DNA of 64,000 nt, taken from positions 20,178 to 84,177 of IMG/VR virus record IMGVR_UViG_3300025141_012985; one strand, given 5' to 3'. The stretch is from a virus. A program made the position numbers and the translations under genes. The notes under the pieces were generated by a model. It did no database searches, was not told the DNA's origin, and saw only the letters and a list, made by a program, of their open reading frames with translations. Of the stretch, positions 9,904 through 20,600 are shown piece by piece (position 1 is the stretch's first letter; every line of letters starts with the position of its first letter).

Positions 9904-10889
9904 GGTGTGACTTGAGTAAGATAGAGCCCGTTGTCTTAGTAGACGCATTTAACCTTTTTATGAGGCACTATGTCGCTCATCCTGCCATGAGTGATCAAGG
10001 GAATCATGTTGGCGGTATAGTTGGGTTTTTAAATGCGATAAAGAAGATATGCCTTGAAATGTCACCCACAGACGTTGTAGTGGTCTGGGAGGGAGGCGGC
10101 TCTAAGAAGAGAAGGGATATACTTCCCACCTATAAGATGAGCAGAAGACCTCAAAAGCTAAATCGATTTTATGAAAACGATGATATTCCCAATACAATTG
10201 AGAATAGAAATGATCAGATTTCATTTTTAATATCGTCGCTAAAGCGTCTACCAGTAATTCAGGTCTACGTTGATAGCTGTGAAGCAGACGATGTCATAGG
10301 ATATCTCTCAAGATATAAGTTCAGACATCATAAAAAAGTTATTGTCTCTTCTGATCGAGACTACTACCAGCTTCTAGACAACAAGACAGTCATTTATTCT
10401 CCGACGTGGAAGAAATTTGTTAATAAAAAGGAAGTTATAGAAAAATTTAGAATAAGTCCGACTAACTTCTGTCTTGCAAAGGCTATATGTGGAGACCCTT
10501 CTGACAATATCAAGGGTGTAAAGGGAGCAGGATTTAAGACAATATCAAAAAGATTTCCTGCACTATCTACAGATGATGACTGCACCATATTAGACATAAT
10601 TTCAGAAGCCAAACAAAGGGCTCAAGAGAAGAGATCTCCTAAGATTTTTAAAGAAATAGCTGTGAGTGAGAACATAATTAGAATGAACTGGAAATTAACT
10701 TATCTAGACACTTCAAACATCTCTCACGCACAAATTAAAAAGATTGAAAGTTCAATTGATACTTTTAGCCCTTCACCAAATAAAATATCACTAATCAGGA
10801 TGATGATAAAGAATGGAATTCAAAATCTTGATGTTGATCACCTTTTTCTATCAATGAGGAACATTGGAAAACGTAGTAATGATAAATGA
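9900..10889 (+). CDS. 5'-3' exonuclease / RNase H (PolI N-terminal, T4 RNase H family)
   Basis: LVDAFN, YKMSR, EADDVIG, SSDRD, GDPSDNIKGVKGAG. Confidence 0.9.
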   Translation: MRCDLSKIEPVVLVDAFNLFMRHYVAHPAMSDQGNHVGGIVGFLNAIKKICLEMSPTDVVVVWEGGGSKKRRDILPTYKMSRRPQKLNRFYENDDIPNTIENRNDQISFLISSLKRLPVIQVYVDSCEADDVIGYLSRYKFRHHKKVIVSSDRDYYQLLDNKTVIYSPTWKKFVNKKEVIEKFRISPTNFCLAKAICGDPSDNIKGVKGAGFKTISKRFPALSTDDDCTILDIISEAKQRAQEKRSPKIFKEIAVSENIIRMNWKLTYLDTSNISHAQIKKIESSIDTFSPSPNKISLIRMMIKNGIQNLDVDHLFLSMRNIGKRSNDK

Positions 10890-12273
10890 GTTTGCTTCTA
10901 AGGGACCTGCACACTTTAAACAGTATGGCAAGTCTTTTCAGGAGAAGATCTTTCAGTGTTTAATCACTGACAAGAACTGGTCTACACAAATGTCGGAGGT
11001 TATGACGCCGACATATTTTGACTTAAAGTACCTGAGGTATTTATCAGATAAGTACTTCACCTATTATTTCAAATATAAAGACTTTCCCACTCTACCCCTT
11101 TTAATCACAATAGTTCGTGATGATCTTAGAGAGGGAAAGGATGTAATTCTTAGAGATCAAATAGTTGAGTTCTTACATAGGATCAGAATGAATCCTGATA
11201 TAGGAGATCTTAAGTTTGTCAAAGAAAAGACACTTGATTTCTGCAAGCAGCAGGCAATGAAAGAGGCTTTAGAAGAAGCTGTTGAAAGAATTTCAGATGG
11301 AAAGCTTGAGTCAGTGATGGATCTCATGAGACATGCTCTATCTGTGGGAATGCCTGCATCAATCGGTCATGATTTTATGGAGGATGCAGAGGCAAGGTTT
11401 GTTCACATCAGTAGATGTGCGTGTCCTACAGGGATTCCGCAGCTTGACAAGAAAGATATTTTAAATGGCGGACTGGGACGAGGCGAAATTGGAGTAATTA
11501 CTGCAAATACGGGTGTCGGAAAGAGTCACTTTCTTGTTAGCGTGGGTGCGGAAGCGCTTAGACGTGGAAAGAATGTCATTCATTATACATTTGAGCTTTC
11601 AGAGACTGCAGTCGGCTTAAGATACGACTCTAATTTTTGTGACATTCCAAGCAATGAAGTTATTGATAGAAAGGAAGAGGTTCTTAAAAAATATGAAAAG
11701 ATGGATCTTGGCAGGTTAATCATTAAAGAATACCCGACCGGATCAGCTACAGTAATGATGATTAGAAATCATCTAGAAAAATTATCGCTGAAAGCGTTTG
11801 TCCCAAGTTTGATCATAATTGATTATGCAGATATTATGAGATCTTCTAGGAAGTATGATTCGCTTAGACATGAGCTTAAGTTGATTTATGAAGAATTAAG
11901 AAATCTAGCCATGGATATGAACATTCCTATCTGGACTGCTTCTCAGGCCAATAGAGATTCTGCAAATTCAGACATAGTCGGACTTGAAAATATGTCAGAA
12001 GCGTATGGAAAGGCGATGGTCGCGGATGTTGTTGTTTCAATTTCTAGAAAGCCAACAGAAAAGTCGAGCGGTCTCGGTAGAATATTTATTGCAAAAAATA
12101 GAGCAGGAAGAGACGGTATTTTATTTCCAATGAGAATGGATACTGCTAGGTCAAAAATCCTTGTTGTCGATAGCGATGATGAGATGACTCTAAGCGAGGC
12201 CTTACGGTCAGACAATAATGATATGAAAACCATATTGAAGAATAAGTGGAAGGAGATTAACAGTACTAGTTAG
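10879..12273 (+). CDS. Replicative DNA helicase (DnaB/gp41-like)
   Basis: ANTGVGKS, TFELSE, IIDYAD, WTASQANR, KNRAG. Likely ATG at 10879 (track 10864). Confidence 0.92.
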   Translation: MINEFASKGPAHFKQYGKSFQEKIFQCLITDKNWSTQMSEVMTPTYFDLKYLRYLSDKYFTYYFKYKDFPTLPLLITIVRDDLREGKDVILRDQIVEFLHRIRMNPDIGDLKFVKEKTLDFCKQQAMKEALEEAVERISDGKLESVMDLMRHALSVGMPASIGHDFMEDAEARFVHISRCACPTGIPQLDKKDILNGGLGRGEIGVITANTGVGKSHFLVSVGAEALRRGKNVIHYTFELSETAVGLRYDSNFCDIPSNEVIDRKEEVLKKYEKMDLGRLIIKEYPTGSATVMMIRNHLEKLSLKAFVPSLIIIDYADIMRSSRKYDSLRHELKLIYEELRNLAMDMNIPIWTASQANRDSANSDIVGLENMSEAYGKAMVADVVVSISRKPTEKSSGLGRIFIAKNRAGRDGILFPMRMDTARSKILVVDSDDEMTLSEALRSDNNDMKTILKNKWKEINSTS

Positions 12274-12308
12274 TCTGCTGTAATTTAAAAATATTGGAGA
12301 GATTAAGA

Positions 12309-14771
12309 ATGCACAAGATTGAAGATGTAATTGGTTCTTCGACAGAGTATTTTGACGGTGACGATCTTGCAGCATCTGTATTTGCTACAAAGTATGCGCT
12401 GTGTGACAAGGGAGGAAACTATCAAGAAAAGACTCCTGATGATATGCATAGAAGACTTGCAAGGGAATTTTTTAGGATTGAATCAAAATATCCCAACCCG
12501 CTATCAGAGAGTGAAATCTATGAGCTTTTTAGAGAGTTTAAGTATGTAGTACCACAAGGGTCTCCGATGTCTGGAATTGGAAATAATAATCAGATTCAGT
12601 CTATTTCTAATTGCTTTGTAATTGAATCACCTAGAGATTCATACGGAGGAATATTAAAGTCAGATCAAGAGCTGGTTCAAATTGCCAAGCGTCGCGGTGG
12701 CGTGGGATTCGATATATCTACACTTCGTCCAAAAGGCCTACCGACAGGAAATGCTGCAAGAACAACAGACGGAATAGAAGTTTTTATGGAGAGATTTTCA
12801 AATTCTACTCGAGAAGTTGCTCAGGGAGGACGAAGAGGGGCACTAATGATTACAATATCTGTTCATCATCCTCAGATTAGAGACTATATTAATATTAAAA
12901 GAGATCGAAAGAAGGTAACAGGCGCAAATATTTCAATTAGGCTCTCTGATGAATTTTTGACAGCAGTCAAGAATGATGAAGATGTTCACTTGAGATTTCC
13001 TGTTGAAAAAGATGTAGATCATATCACTGAAGAGTGGGCTAGGGCAAGAGATATTTGGGATGAAATTATAGATGCTGCGCATGACTCTGCTGAGCCTGGG
13101 CTGATTTTTTGGGATTCAGTGATTAGAAACTCACCAGCAGACGTATATATTGATGAAGGATACAGCACGACTTCAACAAATCCGTGCTCAGAGCTCCCGC
13201 TTGCACCCTACGACTCTTGTAGGTTGATGCTTGTCAATCTTATATCTTTTGTTGATGACCCGTTTACAGAATCTGCATCTTTTGATTTTGAAAAGTTTGG
13301 AGAATGTGCAATCAAAGCTCAAAGACTTATGGATGACATGATAGACATCGAGATTGAGCAAATAGATAAAATTTTAAGAAAAATTAAAAAAGATCCCGAA
13401 GCTAAGAACGTTAAAAAGATTGAAAAAGATCTTTGGCAAACGATAAAAGAAAAGGCATTAAATGGAAGAAGAACGGGATTGGGAGTAACTGCTGTAGGTG
13501 ATACACTTGCATCTCTTGGAATAAGGTATGGAAGCGAAAAATCAATTAGTGTAGTTGAAGAAATATACAAAACTCTCGCCGTTTCAGCGTATAAATCTTC
13601 TTGTGTGATGGCATCAGAGAGAGGATCGTTCCCAATTCATGATCATAGTAGAGAGGTTGGTCATCCATTTTTAGAAAGGATTTGGTCTTCATGCAGAGAA
13701 ACACTTGAAATGAGTAAAACTTCTGGAAGAAGAAATATTTCAATTTTAACTACTGCACCAGCTGGATCTGTTTCAACTCTAACACAGACAACTAGCGGAA
13801 TTGAACCAGTATTTATGCTAAAGTATACAAGAAGAAGAAAGATAAGTCAGACAACTGAGGGAGTTGAGGCTGACTTTATAGATGATCTGGGTGATTCTTG
13901 GAAAGAGTATAGTGTGTATCATCATGGATTTAAGCGGTGGATGAATAAGACTGGTCTTTCTGAAATTGAAGATTCACCGTATCATATGGCAACAGCAAAT
14001 GAGATTGACTGGGAGTCAAGGGTTAAGCTTCAGGCTGCTGCACAAAGATGGATTGATCATGGAATATCTTCTACAATTAACCTTCCCAATAATGCCACTG
14101 TCGATGAAGTAAAGAAGATTTATGAATCAGGCTGGGAGCTGGGATGCAAGGGGCTGACTGTATACAGAGATGGATGTAGGACAGGAGTCTTAATTGGAGA
14201 GGAAAGCGAAGAAGATCAGTCGTTTAAGACGCACGAAGCACCATTCAGACCATCAGAGCTCGAATGTTCAATACACCATGCAACAATCAAGGGTGAAGCG
14301 TGGACTATTCTTGTTGGGTTAATGGGTGGAAGGCCATATGAGGTTATGGGAGGTCTCCAGAAGTACATAGAGATTCCTAAAAAGTATAGAAAGGGTATAA
14401 TCATCAAGCATCCGTATAAGACAAAGAACTCTAGATATGATCTAAGGATAGGTGGAAATGGTGACGAGATTCTCATAAAAGATATAGTCGACGTATTTGA
14501 CAATCCAAATCACGCAGGATTCACAAGAACTATCTCGCTAGCACTAAGACATGGTGCACAGATTAATTATGTCGTTGAACAGCTTCAAAAAGACAGAGAG
14601 ATGGATATGTTTTCATTCTCTAGAGTGATTGCAAGAGTTCTAAAGACGTATATCCAGGACGGAACATCTCCGGGAAAAAATACTTGTGAAAGCTGTGATG
14701 CAACAGACTCTCTAAGATATCAGGAGGGCTGTGTAACATGCATGTCCTGCGGATATTCAAAATGCTCTTAA
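12309..14771 (+). CDS. nrdJ: Class II (B12-dependent) ribonucleotide reductase
   Basis: SNCFV, TNPCSE, APAGSVS, TVYRDGCR; C-terminal CxxC...EGCxxCxxCGYSKC; no YY pair. Likely ATG at 12309. Confidence 0.88.
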   Translation: MHKIEDVIGSSTEYFDGDDLAASVFATKYALCDKGGNYQEKTPDDMHRRLAREFFRIESKYPNPLSESEIYELFREFKYVVPQGSPMSGIGNNNQIQSISNCFVIESPRDSYGGILKSDQELVQIAKRRGGVGFDISTLRPKGLPTGNAARTTDGIEVFMERFSNSTREVAQGGRRGALMITISVHHPQIRDYINIKRDRKKVTGANISIRLSDEFLTAVKNDEDVHLRFPVEKDVDHITEEWARARDIWDEIIDAAHDSAEPGLIFWDSVIRNSPADVYIDEGYSTTSTNPCSELPLAPYDSCRLMLVNLISFVDDPFTESASFDFEKFGECAIKAQRLMDDMIDIEIEQIDKILRKIKKDPEAKNVKKIEKDLWQTIKEKALNGRRTGLGVTAVGDTLASLGIRYGSEKSISVVEEIYKTLAVSAYKSSCVMASERGSFPIHDHSREVGHPFLERIWSSCRETLEMSKTSGRRNISILTTAPAGSVSTLTQTTSGIEPVFMLKYTRRRKISQTTEGVEADFIDDLGDSWKEYSVYHHGFKRWMNKTGLSEIEDSPYHMATANEIDWESRVKLQAAAQRWIDHGISSTINLPNNATVDEVKKIYESGWELGCKGLTVYRDGCRTGVLIGEESEEDQSFKTHEAPFRPSELECSIHHATIKGEAWTILVGLMGGRPYEVMGGLQKYIEIPKKYRKGIIIKHPYKTKNSRYDLRIGGNGDEILIKDIVDVFDNPNHAGFTRTISLALRHGAQINYVVEQLQKDREMDMFSFSRVIARVLKTYIQDGTSPGKNTCESCDATDSLRYQEGCVTCMSCGYSKCS

Positions 14772-14788
14772 AGGAATAATATTTTACA

Positions 14789-15391
14789 ATGAAGTGGACG
14801 ACAAAAATATCTCCCCTCGTTAAAGAGGTGGAGCTGAGAAAGAATCCAGTAATTATTACTGTTAATAAGTTTGATGAAAAATCAGCAAAAGAGTTTCAGC
14901 AACAAGTAGCACAAGCACACAATACAGGTCAAAAAGTGATCCCAGTAGTTATTGACTCGTACGGAGGCCAGGTCTATAGCCTTATGTCAATGATAAGTGC
15001 AATTTCTCATTCAGAGCTACCTGTTGCAACTATTGTTGAGGGAAAGGCAATGTCATGTGGTGCCATCCTCTTCTCTTTTGGTGAGCAGGGAATGAGGTTT
15101 ATGGATCCTGACGCTACAGTCATGATTCATGATGTGTCTAGCATGGCATGGGGAAAAGTTGAAGAAGTGAAAGTCAGTGCTGATGAAACAGAAAGGCTAA
15201 ATCAAAAAGTCTATACAATGATGGCGAGAAATTGTCGAAAGAAGGATGATTACTTTCTAAAGATTGTACATAGAAAAGGACATGCAGACTGGTTCTTGGA
15301 CGCTGCTGAGGCTAAAAAGCATGGAATGGCAAATCAACTAAGAGTTCCTAAGGTTAATATCAATGTTTCTGTTGACATAGACTTTGAGTGA
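14789..15391 (+). CDS. clpP: ClpP-family serine protease
   Basis: IDSYGG, AMSCG (Ser), MIHD (His), DWFLDA (Asp). Confidence 0.85.
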   Translation: MKWTTKISPLVKEVELRKNPVIITVNKFDEKSAKEFQQQVAQAHNTGQKVIPVVIDSYGGQVYSLMSMISAISHSELPVATIVEGKAMSCGAILFSFGEQGMRFMDPDATVMIHDVSSMAWGKVEEVKVSADETERLNQKVYTMMARNCRKKDDYFLKIVHRKGHADWFLDAAEAKKHGMANQLRVPKVNINVSVDIDFE

Positions 15392-15394
15392 AAG

Positions 15395-16315
15395 ATGGAT
15401 AAAGTATTTTATAACAAGTCATCTGCATCAAATCTAGGCTGGGACCCTAGTTGGTTCGGATGTGAATATTTTGATGACACTCTAACATCAGCTGTCAGAA
15501 AGTGGCAAAAAGAAAATAGACTAACAGCTGACGGCCTGGTGGGTCCGACTACATACAGAAGGATCTGGACTGAGAGAGAGTCAGAGATATCTACATTTAA
15601 GCCATCAAGTAGAAATTTTGATTCCAATAGGTGGATAGTTCACAATGGAAGGTTTATCCCAATTGAATGGAAAAAGGTTGTTCTTTGGGATGAGAACGGA
15701 GGTCTCGATACAAAGAAGGGTAATTATTATGACTACTCTGGAAAGGCAGAAAGAAAGCCTACATTCTTTGTTAATCACTGGGATGTCTGTCTATCTTCAG
15801 AGTCTTGTGCCGGAGTTCTAAAAAGAAGAGGTGCGTCCGTTCACTTTTGCATCGATAACGATGGAACAATTTATCAGCTTTTAGATACACAGCATGCAGC
15901 TTGGCATGCCGGAGGTCAAAAATGGAATCAAAAATCTATTGGTGTGGAGATATCAAATGCATATTATACAAAGTATCAGAGCTGGTATGAAAAAAATGGT
16001 CTGGGACCTAGACCAGTTCTGGAGGATTCATGGACCCATGGGAACAAGCATAAACCTCATCTCGGATTTTATCCAGTACAGATTGAGGCAGCACGAGCAC
16101 TATGGAAGGCAGTCCACATCGGATTCGGAATCCCACTAGAATGTCCGCTAAGGGATGGCCAGATGATGACGGGTGTGTCTTCAGAAGCTGCTAAGGGAAA
16201 ATTTGAAGGATTTATTCATCATTATCATCTCACAAGAAGGAAGATAGATTGCGGAGGATTTGACTTAGAATCCAACCTCCAAATTGTAAGACAGTCACCT
16301 ATGTATTGTTTATAG
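15395..16315 (+). CDS. Endolysin: peptidoglycan-binding domain plus N-acetylmuramoyl-L-alanine amidase (Amidase_2)
   Basis: AVRKWQ...LTADGLVGPTT; SVHFCIDNDGTIYQ, AWHAG, SIGVE, HH...KIDC. Confidence 0.85.
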   Translation: MDKVFYNKSSASNLGWDPSWFGCEYFDDTLTSAVRKWQKENRLTADGLVGPTTYRRIWTERESEISTFKPSSRNFDSNRWIVHNGRFIPIEWKKVVLWDENGGLDTKKGNYYDYSGKAERKPTFFVNHWDVCLSSESCAGVLKRRGASVHFCIDNDGTIYQLLDTQHAAWHAGGQKWNQKSIGVEISNAYYTKYQSWYEKNGLGPRPVLEDSWTHGNKHKPHLGFYPVQIEAARALWKAVHIGFGIPLECPLRDGQMMTGVSSEAAKGKFEGFIHHYHLTRRKIDCGGFDLESNLQIVRQSPMYCL

Positions 16316-16319
16316 TTTT

Positions 16320-16736
16320 GTGAGAAATAAATTGGAACTTGTATCGACACATGTTTGTAAGACACAAAATCTCGGTATGCACGGTAATCTCTTCGGCGGA
16401 GTAATGCTTTCTTGGCTAGATGAAGCTGGAGCAGCATTCACATCACAGGTGTGTGGAACACCCAGAATGGTGACTAAGTCAATTTCTGAAGTAGTCTTTC
16501 AGAAACCAGTTAGAGCTGGACAGATCATTAAGATATATGCTGATGTTGTAAGAATTGGAGAATCATCAATTACAATTAGGCTGGAAGCTAGAAGACATAG
16601 TGTGTATAACGGATCACAGAGGAATGTTGTCTCTGTTGATATGGTTTTTGTCAGAATAGACGGCGATGGTGAGCCTGTTCCAATTAAGACGATTAGGTCT
16701 GACTATCAGAATAGAAGATCTGAAAAGGAACAGTAA
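16320..16736 (+). CDS. Acyl-CoA thioesterase (HotDog fold, YciA-like)
   Basis: HGNLFGGVMLSWLDEAG, VVFQKPV, MVFVRID. Confidence 0.85.
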   Translation: MRNKLELVSTHVCKTQNLGMHGNLFGGVMLSWLDEAGAAFTSQVCGTPRMVTKSISEVVFQKPVRAGQIIKIYADVVRIGESSITIRLEARRHSVYNGSQRNVVSVDMVFVRIDGDGEPVPIKTIRSDYQNRRSEKEQ

Positions 16737-16816
16737 GCTTTTTTAACAACAGAGGATAAAGATGGTACTTTTATGAAACATCTGTGATCTTTTTTGTTAT
16801 CATCTCGGGGTAAAAA

Positions 16817-19800
16817 ATGACAGCCGTTAGAGTTACCGAATCCTCAGGGTCTGTTGGGTCTATTCAAATTGCTGACGGCTATGGCGGATTTCTATCTGGG
16901 ACCCTGAAAGCTGGAGATAATATCACAATAGCAGACATGGGTTCTGGATCTTTTGCAATATCAGCATCGATATCAGCAGGGTCCACAATCGGTACTGCAG
17001 AAGATAGTGACTATTCTGATGGGCTGTTTTCCAGTTTTACCTCTTCGACAGAAATAGGTACAGCAATTGATAAATTTAATGAAGTTCTAAAGGCTCTGGC
17101 TCCTGATCCCGGTCCAGACTTAGATGACATAAGCTCTAAAGATACAGGAACTACTGGAATTCTTTCCTTTGGATCGAGTAATAATCAATCTTCTGGTTCT
17201 CCTGCATATATTAGTGTATCAACTTCCGCTGGACTTTCTGCTGTTGATGTAAATGGATCTTACGCAGTAACGACTAGCAGCAACAATATACGACTTGGTG
17301 TTTTTGACGGTGATACACATGTGAGCGGTGTTTTAAATGCAGATGTAGGATCAAACAGTCAGGGAAATAGCGTACAAAATTATCCTGAATTCTCTTTTGG
17401 AAATGGTGAAACAGGAGTTCTCCGTCTTGAGGTTAACGGATCTACAATTAAGGAGATTGATCTAACTACTGCAACCATTGGAAGCGGCACATCAGGATTG
17501 GGAACAGGATCATACCTTGATTCGAACGGCTCGGGCTTTAATTTTTTCTCTACTGAGTCTACAGGAACACTTTCAAATGGAAACTCTTTTGCATCCTTTA
17601 AGCACAGAACTGGTCAATTTGTTGTAGCGTCCGGAAGCCAAAGACGTGGATGGAACTATGCTAGAGTTTCACATGTTATGACCGGAACAACGTCAAATAC
17701 AAACTATGTTGAGTGGGTTAATGATGATAACGCTGATTCACTGGCTGCAGCAGGAAATGAATTATCTTTCGTAGGCTCTGGCAGCATTCATCTATCTGGA
17801 ATTGAATACTTTCAAAGCGGCACAGCGACATATGCTGCTAGAGTTACGAACGCATACAAGTATGTTTATGATAATACTGATATAACTTTTACAACTTCAA
17901 ATAGCGCCGCAGCAAGTTCAAGCCCATCATTCTCAATAAGTGCACAGTCAAAGCCCACGATAGGCGGAGGCGAAACACACGCAAAGGTTCTTCACATAAC
18001 TGGATCTGGAGCTGTAACTTCAAATTACTTTATAAGCGGAGCATTAACAACTGGGATCAACGTTACACATCCACTTAAGTCTAATCTTTCAAATAGTGGT
18101 CAGGCATCCACCACCGGAATATTGATGTATAATCTATCTAATACATCAACAGCCCAATCAGAAACTCTTAGAAGAGAAGACTATAGAATCGTTAGCGGTG
18201 CATATAGCACTCAGGCATCTCTAACTAATTCTGCAAATAAATGGGATTCAGAGAAGCACATAACAGGATCCAACGGTGGTCATAGCAATGGATTACAATT
18301 CTACAATTCTAGGCTTTATTCTCCAACTAGCACATTAAGATCGGGTGATTTTAGAGATTCCTCAGAGAGCGGAAAGCTAGATAACTCTCCGCCTGGAAAT
18401 CCAAATTATTCTGGAGAGTCTGGACAGAGAACATTTTATAGATGGTTTAAAAATGAAACTGGATCGACAAAGTACGATCTGACGATTGCAATTAACGGAT
18501 CCGGAACGACAATTGTTACAGCTGCGACAGCACTTAATAGTGGGAGAATTAGAGTTTTTGTTAAATTCCCGTCAGATGGAACTAGGGAGACTGGCTGGCT
18601 TGATTTAGCAACTGAGTTTGTCCTTGATGACTATGATGACAATGATGGTGCACATACAGCAAACGGCGCGTTAAGTTTTGACAGCAGCCTAAATGCTACA
18701 AACTATGTTACGCTTGGCACAGTTGGGATCGGAGATGATGAGTATATTGGACTAAGAATTGAAGCAGATACAGGATGGACCGGCTACATAAGTCAAATTA
18801 CTGTAACATTCGGTGCTGGAACAGGCACAATATCAGCGGTTCCAGATTTAGATGACATTGACTGTAATGACGATGGAACAGATTGCAATCTTTCTTTTGG
18901 ATCTTCAAAGTCAATATCTGGATATACAGATGTAGGAACAGCTGCCGGATTTTCTGCTACAGACGTTAATGGGAAATACCAGACCGCCGCTTCTTCAAAT
19001 AATTTAAGAAGATCTGTCTTTGCGCTTGATACAATCGTTGAAGGTGATTTAAATGAGGATGTTTCTGCAACCTCTCCTGACTATGTTGCAAATTCATTCT
19101 CTGATGCAAATAGCGGTTCATTAGTCTTAGAGATAAATGGTTCTGATGTTCATACAGTTAGTTTAGCAGGTGCATATAATAACGTCGGTGCCGGAGAACC
19201 AGGCTCAGGAACAGGCACATCGTTTACCAGTAATAGCGGATTTTTTGACTTAAGTGTCTGGAGGCCTGCAGAGTGGGATAATGAAGTTCCCTATTATCCT
19301 GAGACACATAGGACAGGAAAATATAGAGTACATACAGGACATCAGCGAAATGGATGGAATTATGCAAGAGTAAAGCACGTTGGCACCTGGGGAACAAGAA
19401 CAACAAATTATGTTGAATGGGTAAATGACAGTGATTCAAATGCACTAAGCGCGGATGGGTTGACTCTACAGCCCTTTGGAGATGATAATTTGTTTTACCT
19501 AAGCGGTGTAAAGTATTTTATTGAACCGAGCGGGAGTATCGAAGTCAGGGTTTCAAATCTATATAAAAATGTTTACTCAGATAGCAATTCAGCAATATCA
19601 TTTACAAACCTGACAAATGCGACAGGTGTAAGGATTATTCAGGCAGGAACCGGTCTATCATCGACAAAGTCAACTAACTCTTCTACAGATAGTCTTCAAA
19701 CACTAAGCACCACAGCAAATTCTCAAAATGCTGACGCTCACGCTACCGGATCAATTCAATTTTCACGATCATCGTCTCTTAGTGGATCTTTTTCAACTTC

Positions 19801-20599
19801 ATACAGCGCTTCAGGCTCTTTGGTTTTTGATCATCCGCTTAAGACAAACTTAACAACGTCAGTTGTGACATCGTCAATTCTTCACGTCTATTCTGCAAGC
19901 GATAATTCAAATGCAAATACTACTGAGTATTTTAACGGAGAAGCGTTCAGAATTCAGAGTGGAAGCTTTTCTACACAGGCAAATGTTACCTCTATTTCTT
20001 ATAACTGGTCATCTACGGGATCAATAAACGATAATAGTAATTTTTCTGGGTACTACACAGGTCTCATGCTCTATGATGGAAAGTTAATAAGCCCACTAAA
20101 GGGCGGAAACAGCGGAGATTTTAGAAGATATAGTGAGGGAGGAGTTCTTGACGGTCCACCAAGTAATGTAAACTATAGCTCACTTGGTGTTTCAACTAGA
20201 GAATATTACAGAGGATTTTTAAATAATACTACAAATGACAGGCCAAGTGTGACAGTTACAATATACGGAGATGCCACAATTGTAGGAAAGACAGGAGCAA
20301 ACGCTGCTTCACTAGGCACTAATAAGAATATTTTTGTTGAAGTCAATATTCCCGCAAAGACAGCATTTTTAGACTTAGGAAAGCCATCAGCAGGCGCAGG
20401 AAATACTAGTGCAGGAGATGGATGCCTAAGTGGCGATCTTGATTCAACTGTTGATGGAGGAGGTGCAGGAAATACATGCACATTTAATGGGTCTACTGTA
20501 GATGGAACTGTCTCTGGTGCAGAATATCTTGTGATAAAGATATCTGCTCATAAGAGCTGGACTGGGTACGTTTCACAGGTAAGCGTGAGCTGGAGCTAG
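16817..20599 (+). CDS. Large virion structural protein made of two ~576-aa tandem modules
   Basis: Ser/Gly/Thr-rich. PDLDDI, QRxGWNYARV, TNYVEWVND, SGDFR and WTGYxSQ each occur twice. Confidence 0.65.
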   Translation: MTAVRVTESSGSVGSIQIADGYGGFLSGTLKAGDNITIADMGSGSFAISASISAGSTIGTAEDSDYSDGLFSSFTSSTEIGTAIDKFNEVLKALAPDPGPDLDDISSKDTGTTGILSFGSSNNQSSGSPAYISVSTSAGLSAVDVNGSYAVTTSSNNIRLGVFDGDTHVSGVLNADVGSNSQGNSVQNYPEFSFGNGETGVLRLEVNGSTIKEIDLTTATIGSGTSGLGTGSYLDSNGSGFNFFSTESTGTLSNGNSFASFKHRTGQFVVASGSQRRGWNYARVSHVMTGTTSNTNYVEWVNDDNADSLAAAGNELSFVGSGSIHLSGIEYFQSGTATYAARVTNAYKYVYDNTDITFTTSNSAAASSSPSFSISAQSKPTIGGGETHAKVLHITGSGAVTSNYFISGALTTGINVTHPLKSNLSNSGQASTTGILMYNLSNTSTAQSETLRREDYRIVSGAYSTQASLTNSANKWDSEKHITGSNGGHSNGLQFYNSRLYSPTSTLRSGDFRDSSESGKLDNSPPGNPNYSGESGQRTFYRWFKNETGSTKYDLTIAINGSGTTIVTAATALNSGRIRVFVKFPSDGTRETGWLDLATEFVLDDYDDNDGAHTANGALSFDSSLNATNYVTLGTVGIGDDEYIGLRIEADTGWTGYISQITVTFGAGTGTISAVPDLDDIDCNDDGTDCNLSFGSSKSISGYTDVGTAAGFSATDVNGKYQTAASSNNLRRSVFALDTIVEGDLNEDVSATSPDYVANSFSDANSGSLVLEINGSDVHTVSLAGAYNNVGAGEPGSGTGTSFTSNSGFFDLSVWRPAEWDNEVPYYPETHRTGKYRVHTGHQRNGWNYARVKHVGTWGTRTTNYVEWVNDSDSNALSADGLTLQPFGDDNLFYLSGVKYFIEPSGSIEVRVSNLYKNVYSDSNSAISFTNLTNATGVRIIQAGTGLSSTKSTNSSTDSLQTLSTTANSQNADAHATGSIQFSRSSSLSGSFSTSYSASGSLVFDHPLKTNLTTSVVTSSILHVYSASDNSNANTTEYFNGEAFRIQSGSFSTQANVTSISYNWSSTGSINDNSNFSGYYTGLMLYDGKLISPLKGGNSGDFRRYSEGGVLDGPPSNVNYSSLGVSTREYYRGFLNNTTNDRPSVTVTIYGDATIVGKTGANAASLGTNKNIFVEVNIPAKTAFLDLGKPSAGAGNTSAGDGCLSGDLDSTVDGGGAGNTCTFNGSTVDGTVSGAEYLVIKISAHKSWTGYVSQVSVSWS

Positions 20600-20600
20600 A

